Positions 9,523 through 18,844 of a stretch of 64,000 nt of DNA are shown one piece after another (position 1 is the stretch's first letter; every line of letters begins with the position of its first letter). Location of the stretch: assembly GCA_963790475.1 (NCBI GenBank), contig CAWBOS010000012.1:160001-224000 (forward strand). The letters are read 5' to 3'. This stretch comes from an uncultured delta proteobacterium. Its GTDB lineage: Bacteria > Desulfobacterota > RBG-13-43-22. Under the pieces are notes generated by a model, which made no database searches, had not been told where the DNA came from, and saw only the letters and a program-made list of their open reading frames with translations. Made by a program: the position numbers and the translations under genes.

Positions 9523-10686
9523 ATGATAAATATTCATTCAAGCCAAAGCAATCGTAGCTCTAAAAGAAAGGGCAGGTGGGAAGCCTCTTATCGGACCCTC
9601 CTTGTTTTAGTAATTCTCCTTCTGTCCGCCTGCGCCGGCCGCCATCCACTGCCGCAGTTTTCGGTTGAACCGTTGCCCCGCTATGAGGCCCTTTTTCAGC
9701 GCAGTCAGGGATGGACCGGGGGTGATGGTGTTTTTTCCGTGGGACTCGACTCCAACCGGATTTTATGGCTCTTTGGCGACACCTTTATCGGTGAGGTCAA
9801 GGACGGGAGGCACATCGATGATGTTCTGGTCAACAACTCCATTGCCATTCAGAAGGGGAAGGAGCCGTTACCAACCGGGATAAATTTTTATTATGGTGAA
9901 ACAGTAAAGGGCAAACCTGAGGCCTTTTTGCGGCCTTCGGACGGGGTCGGCTGGTTCTGGCCTTATCATGGGGTGCGGACCAAAGACGGTCTGTTTCTTT
10001 TCCTGATTCAGGTTGAACGTACCGACGGGATACCGGGTTTCGATTTCAGGCCCGTGGCCACCTGGCTGGGCAAGGTCAGCAACCCGGATGATCCGCCCAA
10101 GAGCTGGCAGGTTTCACAGCAGAAGATTCCCTGGTCCGGAGAAAACAGGCTTTGGGGGTCTTCAGTTCTGGTCAAAGGAGAGAACTGCTATATCTTCGGC
10201 ACTGTCGATGAATCTTCCGCCGGCGTCAGACAAACCCAGTTGATCCTGGCCAGGGTACCTGCAGCCCAGATTATGGATTTCGATCAGTGGCGTTTTTTTT
10301 CTAAGGGGGAATGGGTGGACGAGGCCGACCGGGCCGAGGGCCTGAGCGCCAATGTGGCCAGTGAATTCTCGGTTTCTTTTCAGTCAGTCATCAATCAATA
10401 CCTGATGCTCTATACCCAGGACAGCCTTTCAAAATATATGGTTTTTCGTCTGGCCCCTGAACCCCACGGCCCTTGGGGCGCGCCGATCCGGTTTTACCGA
10501 TGCCCGGAGGCGGAGTGGGACCCGCGTATTTTCTGCTATGCCGCCAAAGGGCATCCTGAAATCTCTCTCTCCCCCGAGGAACTCATCGTCACCTATACCA
10601 CTAACTCAACGGATTTGGACTTGATTGAGTCGGACGCACGCCTGTACCGGCCCCGGTTCTTGAGGCTTCGGTTTTGGAGTCCTTAA
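9523..10686 (+). CDS. DUF4185/DUF5005-like beta-propeller lipoprotein
   Basis: Lipobox LLLSAC; GWTGGDG.FSV...LWLFGDT; YAAKGHPE. Confidence 0.7.
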   Translation: MINIHSSQSNRSSKRKGRWEASYRTLLVLVILLLSACAGRHPLPQFSVEPLPRYEALFQRSQGWTGGDGVFSVGLDSNRILWLFGDTFIGEVKDGRHIDDVLVNNSIAIQKGKEPLPTGINFYYGETVKGKPEAFLRPSDGVGWFWPYHGVRTKDGLFLFLIQVERTDGIPGFDFRPVATWLGKVSNPDDPPKSWQVSQQKIPWSGENRLWGSSVLVKGENCYIFGTVDESSAGVRQTQLILARVPAAQIMDFDQWRFFSKGEWVDEADRAEGLSANVASEFSVSFQSVINQYLMLYTQDSLSKYMVFRLAPEPHGPWGAPIRFYRCPEAEWDPRIFCYAAKGHPEISLSPEELIVTYTTNSTDLDLIESDARLYRPRFLRLRFWSP

Positions 10687-10727
10687 GGTTTTATGGCAAC
10701 CGGAAAATTGGAAGAAGATGTTGAAGA

Positions 10728-10800
10728 GCCTAACAAGCGCCGGAACACGGATAGCCATCAACCTGCGGCTGTCGTCCATCGGTGAGACGTAACGCTGAAA
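10728..10800 (+). repeat. Degenerate attC-like site
   Basis: GCCTAAC...internal GATAGCC/GGCTGTC palindrome...GGTGAG...GCTGAAA (GTT core degenerate). Confidence 0.45.
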
Positions 10801-10816
10801 AAAGAATGAGGAACTA

Positions 10817-11209
10817 ATGGAAATATATACATTAACTATTTCATTCCCATATGATGAGGATGATGTCCCTTGGTCAAGGATATTCGAGGTTAAGGAAGAC
10901 TGTACTCTACAAAATCTACATAAGTATATTCAAAAGATAGTAGATTTTGATGATGACCATTTGTATGAGTTTTACATCGGGAAAAATCCTAGAAATAGAG
11001 CTTATGCTGTTCCAAAGAAAACGAAACTAAATGAAATATACCCATTGACTGGCTGCAAATTATATTATCTTTTCGATTTTGGAGATAACTGGTTATTTGA
11101 GATCAAAAAATCAAGAAAGAAAAAAACAGAAAGTAAGCAAACAAAATATCCTGCACTAATTGAATCATCAGGTGTGAACCCAAAGCAGTATCCTGTTTAT
11201 GAAGATTGA
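10817..11209 (+). CDS. pRiA4b ORF-3-like family protein
   Basis: TLQNLHKYIQ..VDFDDDHLYEF and YLFDFGDNW motifs; AT-rich cassette-like gene. Confidence 0.8.
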   Translation: MEIYTLTISFPYDEDDVPWSRIFEVKEDCTLQNLHKYIQKIVDFDDDHLYEFYIGKNPRNRAYAVPKKTKLNEIYPLTGCKLYYLFDFGDNWLFEIKKSRKKKTESKQTKYPALIESSGVNPKQYPVYED

Positions 11210-11212
11210 TGC

Positions 11213-11264
11213 AGCTAACCATGCAGCCGATCTCTTAACTCTCCGGCTGATTGCCATGTTGAGA
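11213..11264 (+). repeat. attC-like site
   Basis: AGCTAAC just after the stop, CAGCCG/CGGCTG stem, GTTGAGA before the next start. Confidence 0.5.
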
Positions 11265-11590
11265 AGAGAGATCAATATGAACGACATCGATATGTCAATT
11301 CAATGGCAAGAAGGTAGCGGCGAGTCGGTAGAAATTGGTTTTCTAAATCCCAACCCGGACAAGCCGGAACCATATTTGAAATATTGTAACATTTGGTGGA
11401 TTCGTAAAAAGTCACCGAAAGCCTATTTTCGTCATTCCCTTGAAAAAGGGAATCCAGTGTTTTTAATAAGTTGAGAATAGCCTGGATTCCCGCCTCCGCG
11501 AGACCTTATGATTGAAAAAGAAAGGCAAGTCTCGAGTTTTCGGATATAGTCTTTTGTAGCAGCAAAAAACAAACCGAAAGGAGACTTGCC

Positions 11591-12657
11591 ATGGAACATG
11601 TTAACAAATTGGATTTTTCGGGTCAATCGATTTACGTAGGACTGGATGTCCATAAGAAGAGTTGGACCGTGAGTATTTTTTCGGAACAATGTGAGCATAA
11701 GACTTTTACCCAACCTCCGAAAACAGAAAAACTGGTCCATTATCTTAAACGCAATTTTCCCGGAGCGGCCTATCAGGCGGTGTATGAAGCCGGCTTCAGC
11801 GGCTTTTGGACTCATGATCAGCTTCGGGAGCAAGGAGTCCATTGTATTGTGGCCAATCCGGCCGATGTTCCGACGACGAATAAAGAACGAACCGGCAAAC
11901 GGGATCCCAGCGATTCCCGGAAGCTGGCCAGGAGCCTCCGGAACAGGGAATTGAAGGGGATATACGTACCGGTCCGTTCGAAACGGGAGGATCGCAGCCT
12001 GGTTCGAACCCGTCAGAGCATGGTGAGAAAGCAAACCCGGTGTAAAAATCAAATTAAGGCGCTCCTTTACTTTTATGGGATTAATCTGCCCGAAGATGTT
12101 GTTGACCGCCATTGGTCTCAAAAATTTCTTCGCTGTCTCGAAAATCTTCGAATGGAGCGGAGCAGTGGAGATAGGGCCCTCAAGGCCCACTTGGACGAAC
12201 TCCATCATCTCCAAGAGATCATCGCTTCTTTAAACCGGTCCATTATTTTGCTGTCCCGGGAAGCAGAATATCGCGAAAGGGTCCGGTTGTTAAAAACGGT
12301 CCCATCAGTACCCTGACGGCCATGATTTTCTTGACCGAGCTTGGTGAGTTGGCCCGATTTGCCTCTTTGGACAAGCTGGCCAGTTATGTCGGACTAATCC
12401 CCGATGTCGAATCCACTGGGGAGACCGAACATATAAAAAACTTAACCCATCGGCGAAACCCCCAGTTAAGGGCTTTGCTCATCGAAGCCGCTTGGGTGGC
12501 TGCCCGGAAGGATCCGGTCCTGCTCCTGGCCTTTAATGAATATTGCCAACGGATGAAGAAAACCAGGGCCATTATTAAAATTGCTCGGAAACTGCTCAAC
12601 CGCATTCGTTATGTATTAAAGAACCAGGTAGAATATGTTCCTGGGGTAGTTCAATAA
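11591..12657 (+). pseudogene. IS110-family transposase/recombinase, frameshifted near 12303
   Basis: YVGLDVHKKSW, YEAG, KRDPSDS (DEDD RuvC-like), C-terminal ASYVGLIP..ESTG, RNPQLR; split at the KTVP(G)I motif. Confidence 0.9.
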
Positions 12658-12689
12658 TAACTTGAAGAGGTGCTTCCAATCCGATAAAT

Positions 12690-13020
12690 TGGCTCGTGGG
12701 CGTAAACGGTCCGTCATTCCTGCAGCTCATCGGTAGAGGGTGTCTGCTCTTCGCGAGACTCCGTGCCCACGATTTTAATATAATCAAGATGATGCAGCTA
12801 TCTGATCCAGATATGTCTGCTGATAGAAGGTTGATTTTAAAGATTGGTTCAGCCCTTAAGTTTGGTTTCAATTGCTCGACGGATCGGCTTCCGGGCTAAT
12901 CTCCTGCGGTTAAAAGAGAATAGCCCCAATTGGCCTCTTCATGGATGGCTGCCTGTTTCTATCGCAGGTAGTTCAGCCTCCTCAGGAGATCATACAGGTA
13001 GCCATCCATGAAGAGGTTTA
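12690..13020 (+). ncRNA. Predicted bridge/seek RNA of the IS1111-like element
   Basis: Stem TCGTGGGC..ACGG / CCGTGCCCACGA encloses an internal loop whose strands match both sides of the insertion site; 22-bp stem 12934-12955/12995-13016. Confidence 0.7.
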
Positions 13021-13395
13021 TCTTAAAAACCTTAAAAACCATTTAAAAGTCATTCTCTAATAAAAAAGACTTGCTTTTCAACATAGAGGAATGACGACGA
13101 AATATTCTATCCAAATTTGAGTAGAATTCTATTCCTAAGTTACTAACGGCCAGCAGTGCTGCGGTCATTGCGGAGTTCCGGGTACTGATCATGGGCAATA
13201 TGCATACAAGACTGAATGTACCATCTGTGGCTGTGTGTATGGAACAAATGGATCCGATATGCACGAAAGGCGATGTCCCGAATGCCAGAAAGGGGCTGCC
13301 GGGATAAAGTACTGGAGGACTATCCCCGGCTAAACGCAGGGTGACTACGGATATGGCCGAATCGATCAATCAGATAACCCAGGACTTTAATTTTA

Positions 13396-14940
13396 TTATC
13401 CAAACAATCCGCTTCCGCCCAGTTCATCCCACAGCAACCGAAACTCACGCCGATAATCATTCTCGGCCCGGGTGTTGACATCAAAAATCATAGTGGCCCG
13501 CCTGACGGCGTCATAGGACGGCCAGTCGGGAGTGAGGTCCGAATTCGGGACCCCGGTTTTGGCGAAGTTGGTCCAGACGGCGGCGAAACGGTCCACCAGC
13601 AATTTGCCTTCCCGGTCTCCGCAATCGTTGATGGGACCGCGGGGATCATGCACAGCCGCACCCACATCCACCCCATGAACGGCGCCGAATTGGCCGTTAT
13701 AAGATTTGACCGTCTTTTCCCACAGGTAATAATAAACAGGGGCGCCATTCTGAGCCGCCTTCAATTCCGCCTGTTTAATGGCGCTATAACGGAAACCCCG
13801 ATCAGTGGCAATGCGGGCCTGGATCAGGAACGGCGCCACCTGGGGATAAGTTTCCCGATAGAGTTTATAAACCCGGCTGGCATTTCCCTCAAATTGTTGG
13901 TCCAGATTCTGTTTGAGTTGAGCTTCACTGAGATCGAAGTTGGCCATGCCGATAGCCGCATCGTCCAGGGTCGTGCCGATGATGACCGGAATATGGGCAG
14001 ACTCCGGAGGTGCCGTTGGATGAAAGGGATGATGAGGCAATACCTCACTGCCGATGACCGGGACGAATCGTCCCACATCAAACCCCAAACTGGTCTGGGC
14101 AGCCAGGATTTGAGTGAAAGGCAGATTCTGCAATTGGGGGATATTCTTTTTGTCGATACCCAGCGCTTTTAAAAGGGCCTCGGTATTCCTGGTGGCATTT
14201 TCCGGTTCTGCCAGACGCAAGGAAGAGCCGCTTTGCACCCCGGCGCGATGAAAGAGACCTTTGGCCGAAGGCATGGCCAGGAGGGTGCTGGTTTTAGCAC
14301 CGCCTCCGGATTGGCCGAAAATCATCACCCGGTTCGAGTCGCCCCCGAAGTGTTCGATATTGGTTTGCACCCATTGCAGCGCGGCTACCATGTCCATGGC
14401 CCCGACCACGCCGGCATATTTGAACTCCTCGGGCGCCCCCAGGTCGGCCAGGTGCAAAAATCCGAAGGCGGCCAGGCGATGATTGACAGAGACCATGACC
14501 ACATCGTCGTGGCGAGCCGCCGGTTCCCCGTCAAATCCAAAGGCATTGCCGGAGCCCGTTACAAAACCGCCGCCGTGAAATATGACCATCACCGCCCTTT
14601 TGGCGCTGTCGTTGACACTTCTCGTCCAGACATTCAAGGCCAGACAATCTTCGCCGATGCCTCCTGGTTGCCTGTCCCACAGAATGAGATTAGTGTAATC
14701 GCCTCGTCGGTCTGCCGGAGTCTGCGGGCTGATTTGACCGTAATTGAAGGTGTCCTGAACACCTGTCCAGGATGCCGGCGGTTGGGGCGGCCGGTAGCGG
14801 TTTTTACCTTCCGTAGAGGCCCCATATCGGATACCTTTAAAAGTTTTTACGCCTTGGTGATTAATACCGCGGACCTTACCATATTGCGTTTCTACCACTG
14901 GGAATAATTTGGCTTCCATAACCGATGCCGGTGTGTTCAT
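13396..14940 (-). CDS. Type-B carboxylesterase (para-nitrobenzyl esterase-like)
   Basis: FKGIRYG, EDCLALNVWT, HGGGF, FGQSGG, GAVHG; start at 14940 after AAGGAG. Confidence 0.92.
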   Translation of the reverse strand: MNTPASVMEAKLFPVVETQYGKVRGINHQGVKTFKGIRYGASTEGKNRYRPPQPPASWTGVQDTFNYGQISPQTPADRRGDYTNLILWDRQPGGIGEDCLALNVWTRSVNDSAKRAVMVIFHGGGFVTGSGNAFGFDGEPAARHDDVVMVSVNHRLAAFGFLHLADLGAPEEFKYAGVVGAMDMVAALQWVQTNIEHFGGDSNRVMIFGQSGGGAKTSTLLAMPSAKGLFHRAGVQSGSSLRLAEPENATRNTEALLKALGIDKKNIPQLQNLPFTQILAAQTSLGFDVGRFVPVIGSEVLPHHPFHPTAPPESAHIPVIIGTTLDDAAIGMANFDLSEAQLKQNLDQQFEGNASRVYKLYRETYPQVAPFLIQARIATDRGFRYSAIKQAELKAAQNGAPVYYYLWEKTVKSYNGQFGAVHGVDVGAAVHDPRGPINDCGDREGKLLVDRFAAVWTNFAKTGVPNSDLTPDWPSYDAVRRATMIFDVNTRAENDYRREFRLLWDELGGSGLFG

Positions 14941-15456
14941 CAGGGTCTCCTTTTTCATGTGATCTCTTTTTATGTTACCCCGGTTGACAGAAACCTGCCT
15001 TGAGGTGGCTGAAGTATAGGTGAAGATTTTCCGGCGTGTCAAGAAATATTGGGCATTAAAATACAGAAGGGAAACCAATAAGAGGCGTATGGGGATGATG
15101 AGGTAAATAAAGAAAGCCCAGCCAACTATTAACGAGAGCTTAAAATAGGTTACATCACTGAAACATTTTTTCACCGCCCACTCGTCGGGATAAAAGCGGG
15201 ACTCGTTCGAGACGCAGAGAACGCAGTGATAAGATTTTCATTTGCCGGTGAGAGGCGGCAAACGAAAAAAGCTCTTTTTGCTTTCCGGCCTCTCACCGGA
15301 AAGCAAAAAATGTTCTTGCTCTGGGTCCTTTGCGGCTCTGCGGTGAAAACAATCTATTTTTTGCTCCTCTTAATAGATAAAACAATTAACAGGCGAAACC
15401 TCTAATTATTCCTGAATCCGGCCGGGCTTCTTCTCTCTAAAAGCGAGACATAATTT

Positions 15457-17436
15457 TTAGGCCGCTGCCATCTCCCTCCTGGCCGCCATATCAACAAAGA
15501 TCCTTTCCCGGGCCTTGTCAATACCGAGGGCCTTTCGTTTCTTGTCGATATGTTCGATCATCAATCGGGCCATTTCATAGGGATCAGGGGTGAAGGCCCA
15601 CTTGCCCAGCCCCTGTTTTTCCAGCCCGTCAAAAAGGAGGTCATAAAATTTGGTATCTTTTATGATCGGATAGGTTACACCGAAGACCGTAAAAACACCG
15701 GAGGCGACGAAGTATTGTCCGATGGTAATCGCCTTTTCGCTGTACCATTCCGGGGCCGCTCCGGCCACGGGCAGATCGGCGATGCTGCTGCCCAAACCTC
15801 CAACCTTGACCATCTCGGCAACAGCCATCAGGATTCGGCTGTTGTCAATACAGGAGCCCATGCCTAACACCGGCGGCATACCTACTGCCTCACACACTTC
15901 CCTCAGCCCCGGCCCGGCCAGTCTGGCCGCTTCCGGCAAACACAACCCGGCCTTGGCCAAAGAGATTTGGGAACAGCCAGTTTGGACCACTAAGATGTCG
16001 TTCTTGATCAGTTCCTTGACCAATTCCACATGGACCCAGTCCTGTTTGACTCGCGGGTTGACACAGCCCACCACCCCGGCCACCCCCCGGATTCGGCCGT
16101 TGATGATATTGTCGTTCAACGGGGTGTAGGAAGACCGAAAGCTGCCCCCCAGCATATAATTGATGTACTCATGGGAAAAGCCGTGGATCCCCAGGTTTCT
16201 TATCTGAGGGATCTGAATCTGGCCTTTACGATTCCGGAATCGGTCGATGGCTTGTTCCACAATGGCATCCGTGCATTTCCGGGGCTCGTGTTCCACAAAG
16301 GGAATGTGTTCCACCCCTTCGATGCGGCAACTGGGATTGGTGGTAAAAAGCCTGGTTCCGTAGCATTCAGCCACCTTGGCCAGACCCTGCATGATGCATT
16401 GGACATCCACACCCATGGCGTCAACCGCCCCGGTAACCATTATTGCTTCCGTGGACATGAAATTTCCGGCATGGGGAATCCCGTGGCGGCAAAGCATTTC
16501 CAGCCCTGAACAACACATACCCACTAAATTGATCCCCTTGGCCCCGGCAGCTTTGGCCTCAGCCAGCAGTCCGGGATCATTGACCGAGGCCAGTATGGAT
16601 TCCAACAGATTGGGTTCGTGGCCGTGAATGACGATGTTGACTTCCTCTTCCTTGAGGCAGCCCATATTGACCTCGGCCCGAACAGGTACGGGGGTGCCGA
16701 AAAGGATATCCGAAATTTCCGTGGCCAGCATGGCCCCGCCCCAGCCGTCGGCCAGGGCCGTACGGCTGATCTGCTTGGTCAGATTCTCATAATCCTGGTC
16801 CATGCCGGCATGGGTCCGATTCATGAGCTCCATCACCTCCAGCATGGCCCCGCGGGGGACGATATTCATTTTACGCCAAAGCTCCAGGGTCTTTGGGGGA
16901 ACCCGTTTGGCAAAAGGTGTTTCTTCTTCCACTTCCATAAAGGTCCGTTCAAGTTCTGTACATAAGTCCAGGGCGATTTCTTTTGTGGAACGTCCTTCGG
17001 TTTCAATGGCCAGGGACCGGGCCACTTCTTCCAGCTTTACCGGGTCTTTGATGGTGTAATCCTTTATTTTTCCCTCAACCACGTCTTTAAACAGTTTAAG
17101 CATCACCCGGCCGTGAGAGGAATGGGCTGCGGTTCCGCAGGCCACCATGCGGGAAAAATTCCTGGATTGGACGGTATCCACTGTGGCCCCGCAAACCCCG
17201 ACGGCCCCATAAGGGTCTTTGGAGTTCAAGCGGCACGGCCCCATGGCACAAATCCGGCAACAGGCCGATTTGGCCCCGATGGGGCAGGGCTTCATGTCCG
17301 ACGCCCGGTCAAAGGCGGTTTGAACCCCGTCTCGTTGGGCCTTTTCCAGCATCTGGGCCGTGGCTTCGCAGGTAGTCCAGTCCCGCACATTGACCTCTTT
17401 AGCCTTGACCATTTTTAACTCGGTATCTTTTTCCAT
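15457..17436 (-). CDS. cooS: Anaerobic Ni,Fe-carbon monoxide dehydrogenase catalytic subunit
   Basis: CPIG...CCRICAMGPC..CGA (D/B clusters), HGHEP, GMCC, DVQC, VGC, TGC, GSCIDN (C cluster), AAHSSH, SEKA. Confidence 0.95.
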   Translation of the reverse strand: MEKDTELKMVKAKEVNVRDWTTCEATAQMLEKAQRDGVQTAFDRASDMKPCPIGAKSACCRICAMGPCRLNSKDPYGAVGVCGATVDTVQSRNFSRMVACGTAAHSSHGRVMLKLFKDVVEGKIKDYTIKDPVKLEEVARSLAIETEGRSTKEIALDLCTELERTFMEVEEETPFAKRVPPKTLELWRKMNIVPRGAMLEVMELMNRTHAGMDQDYENLTKQISRTALADGWGGAMLATEISDILFGTPVPVRAEVNMGCLKEEEVNIVIHGHEPNLLESILASVNDPGLLAEAKAAGAKGINLVGMCCSGLEMLCRHGIPHAGNFMSTEAIMVTGAVDAMGVDVQCIMQGLAKVAECYGTRLFTTNPSCRIEGVEHIPFVEHEPRKCTDAIVEQAIDRFRNRKGQIQIPQIRNLGIHGFSHEYINYMLGGSFRSSYTPLNDNIINGRIRGVAGVVGCVNPRVKQDWVHVELVKELIKNDILVVQTGCSQISLAKAGLCLPEAARLAGPGLREVCEAVGMPPVLGMGSCIDNSRILMAVAEMVKVGGLGSSIADLPVAGAAPEWYSEKAITIGQYFVASGVFTVFGVTYPIIKDTKFYDLLFDGLEKQGLGKWAFTPDPYEMARLMIEHIDKKRKALGIDKARERIFVDMAARREMAAA

Positions 17437-17637
17437 TAATTTCTCCTTCTTACTGAGGTTTTGATAAACCCTTATTTCTTATTTTTTAAAAAATGCCTTT
17501 CAAACTGCCCTTTTGCCTGGCATAAAAATTTTTATCAAGCCTAAATAAGTTAAGACTTTTTTTTTCTTTGGCAAGACCATCATTGGCCTCAAACCATCCA
17601 GGTCCGGATTATAAATTAGAATTTTCCCGGTTGGAAC

Positions 17638-17651
17638 ATGACTTAAGTCAA
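17638..17651. promoter_or_regulatory. Palindromic CRP/FNR-type operator candidate upstream of cooS
   Basis: ATGAC-TTAA-GTCAA; second palindrome ATAAAAATTTTTAT at 17522-17535. Confidence 0.35.
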
Positions 17652-17769
17652 GGACTTTTCAAAAAGTTGACCTAAAATACTTTTCAAAAAGCATGTTATT
17701 AACCCAAAGCCAAGTTCCTTAAAAAATTTAATAAAAAGGAGAACGCCTGCAAAACGGTCTGCTTATTGT

Positions 17770-18402
17770 TTATTGGCTGGCGGGGAAAAGGATATGGATT
17801 ATCTGTTGATGAATTTGATCCGGGGAAAGGGTAGCATCGATCACTTTAATCCGCTCCGGTTCTTTGCGGGCCAGGGAGAGATACCCCTGACGGATTTTTT
17901 GATGAAAGGTCCTGGCCTCTTTTTCAAAACGGGATTCCTTCTTGGATTCTTCGGATTTATTGATCCTCTCCCAGGCCCGCTCCAGACCAATATTAACCGG
18001 CAAATCCAACAAAAAGGTCTTGTCCGGCCAGACGGAACCCAGGATCATGGGCCGGAGTTGTTTGAGGAGTTTCATATTCAAACCCCTGGCCAGCCCCTGA
18101 TAAACCACGGTGGCGTCCCAGAAACGATCTGAAATAACCCATTGGCCTTCGGAGAGGGCCGGACCGATCTTTTCCTTCATATGCTGACAGCGATCAGCCA
18201 GATAAAGAAATAATTCGGCCAGGGGGTCCATTTTTTTATTCTTCCGGTCCAGCAAGATAGCCCGAATCTGCAAACCGATCTTGGTAGCTCCCGGCTCCCG
18301 GGTGACCAGACAGGGGATGTTTCTATTTTTCAGAACTTTGTGCAGCCGTTTGATCTGGGTGGTCTTCCCCGACCCTTCTATGCCTTCGAAAGTAATGAAC
18401 AT
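17770..18402 (-). CDS. tmk: Thymidylate kinase
   Basis: FITFEGIEGSGKTTQ, TREPG, ISDRF, YQG. Confidence 0.96.
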   Translation of the reverse strand: MFITFEGIEGSGKTTQIKRLHKVLKNRNIPCLVTREPGATKIGLQIRAILLDRKNKKMDPLAELFLYLADRCQHMKEKIGPALSEGQWVISDRFWDATVVYQGLARGLNMKLLKQLRPMILGSVWPDKTFLLDLPVNIGLERAWERINKSEESKKESRFEKEARTFHQKIRQGYLSLARKEPERIKVIDATLSPDQIHQQIIHILFPASQ

Positions 18403-18413
18403 GATGCCTCTTA

Positions 18414-18540
18414 ACAGGTTGCTGAAAAAGGCCCAACTACTTCGTTGCCCTCATCCCTCGTCATTGCGACGTACTACTTTGTACGTCTCATTCCTCGGGA
18501 TTTCGGGCGCCTTGTATCTGGACCTTTTTGAGCAACCTGT
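18414..18540. mobile_element. MITE with 18-bp terminal inverted repeats
   Basis: ACAGGTTGCTGAAAAAGG ... CCTTTTTGAGCAACCTGT, with internal palindrome GACGTAC/GTACGTC. Confidence 0.7.
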
Positions 18541-18708
18541 AAAAATCAAATTTTTCCAATTCCTATCTTACCGAAACCATTTAGCTTTTGATAAGAATTC
18601 CTTTGGGATGGATGAGTATAGGATAAGCCTGAAAAGGGGTCAAGGAGAAAAATTCTCTGTGTGGTCCACTTAAAAAAAGCGGGCATAATAATTACTAAAA
18701 CTCAAATA

Positions 18709-18844
18709 TTGATGAATTCGTAAAAAGTCGTTACCCCGGCGAAAGCCAGGGTCCAGAAGAATTGTTGCTACTCAAAATACTGGATTCCGGCTTTCGCCAG
18801 GAATGGCGTCACTCGGGTTTCAGCGACTTTTATTAACTTGTCAA
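18709..18844. repeat. REP-carrying MITE (TTGATGAATTCGTAAAAAGTC ends)
   Basis: TTGATGAATTCGTAAAAAGTCG-REP pair-CGACTTTTATTAACTTGTCAA; same architecture at about 25638-25905 and 58026-58137. Confidence 0.75.

Larger units (their letters stand above)
11501..13088 (+). mobile_element. IS110-family (IS1111-like) insertion sequence inserted in a REP
   Basis: Splits REP CTGGATTCCCGCCTCCGCG|GGAATGAC (intact copy at 30603-30629); imperfect subterminal IRs TTATGATTGAAAAAG / CTTTTCAACATAG; long 3' non-coding region. Confidence 0.88.
11277..13333 (+). pseudogene. Small Cys-rich zinc-ribbon-like protein (87 aa reconstructed) interrupted by nested insertions
   Basis: 11277-11354 MNDIDMSIQWQEGSGESVEIGFLNPN joins in frame to 13148-13333 GQQCCGHCGVPGTDHGQYAYKTECTICGCVYGTNGSDMHERRCPECQKGAAGIKYWRTIPG*; AAC present at both junctions. 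Confidence 0.8.

Noticed and set aside
12934-13016. Assigning the long hairpin as the donor-binding loop of the IS RNA
   Set aside because: Only 5-6-nt matches to the IS ends (TCTAT, ATCATA); not distinguishable from chance
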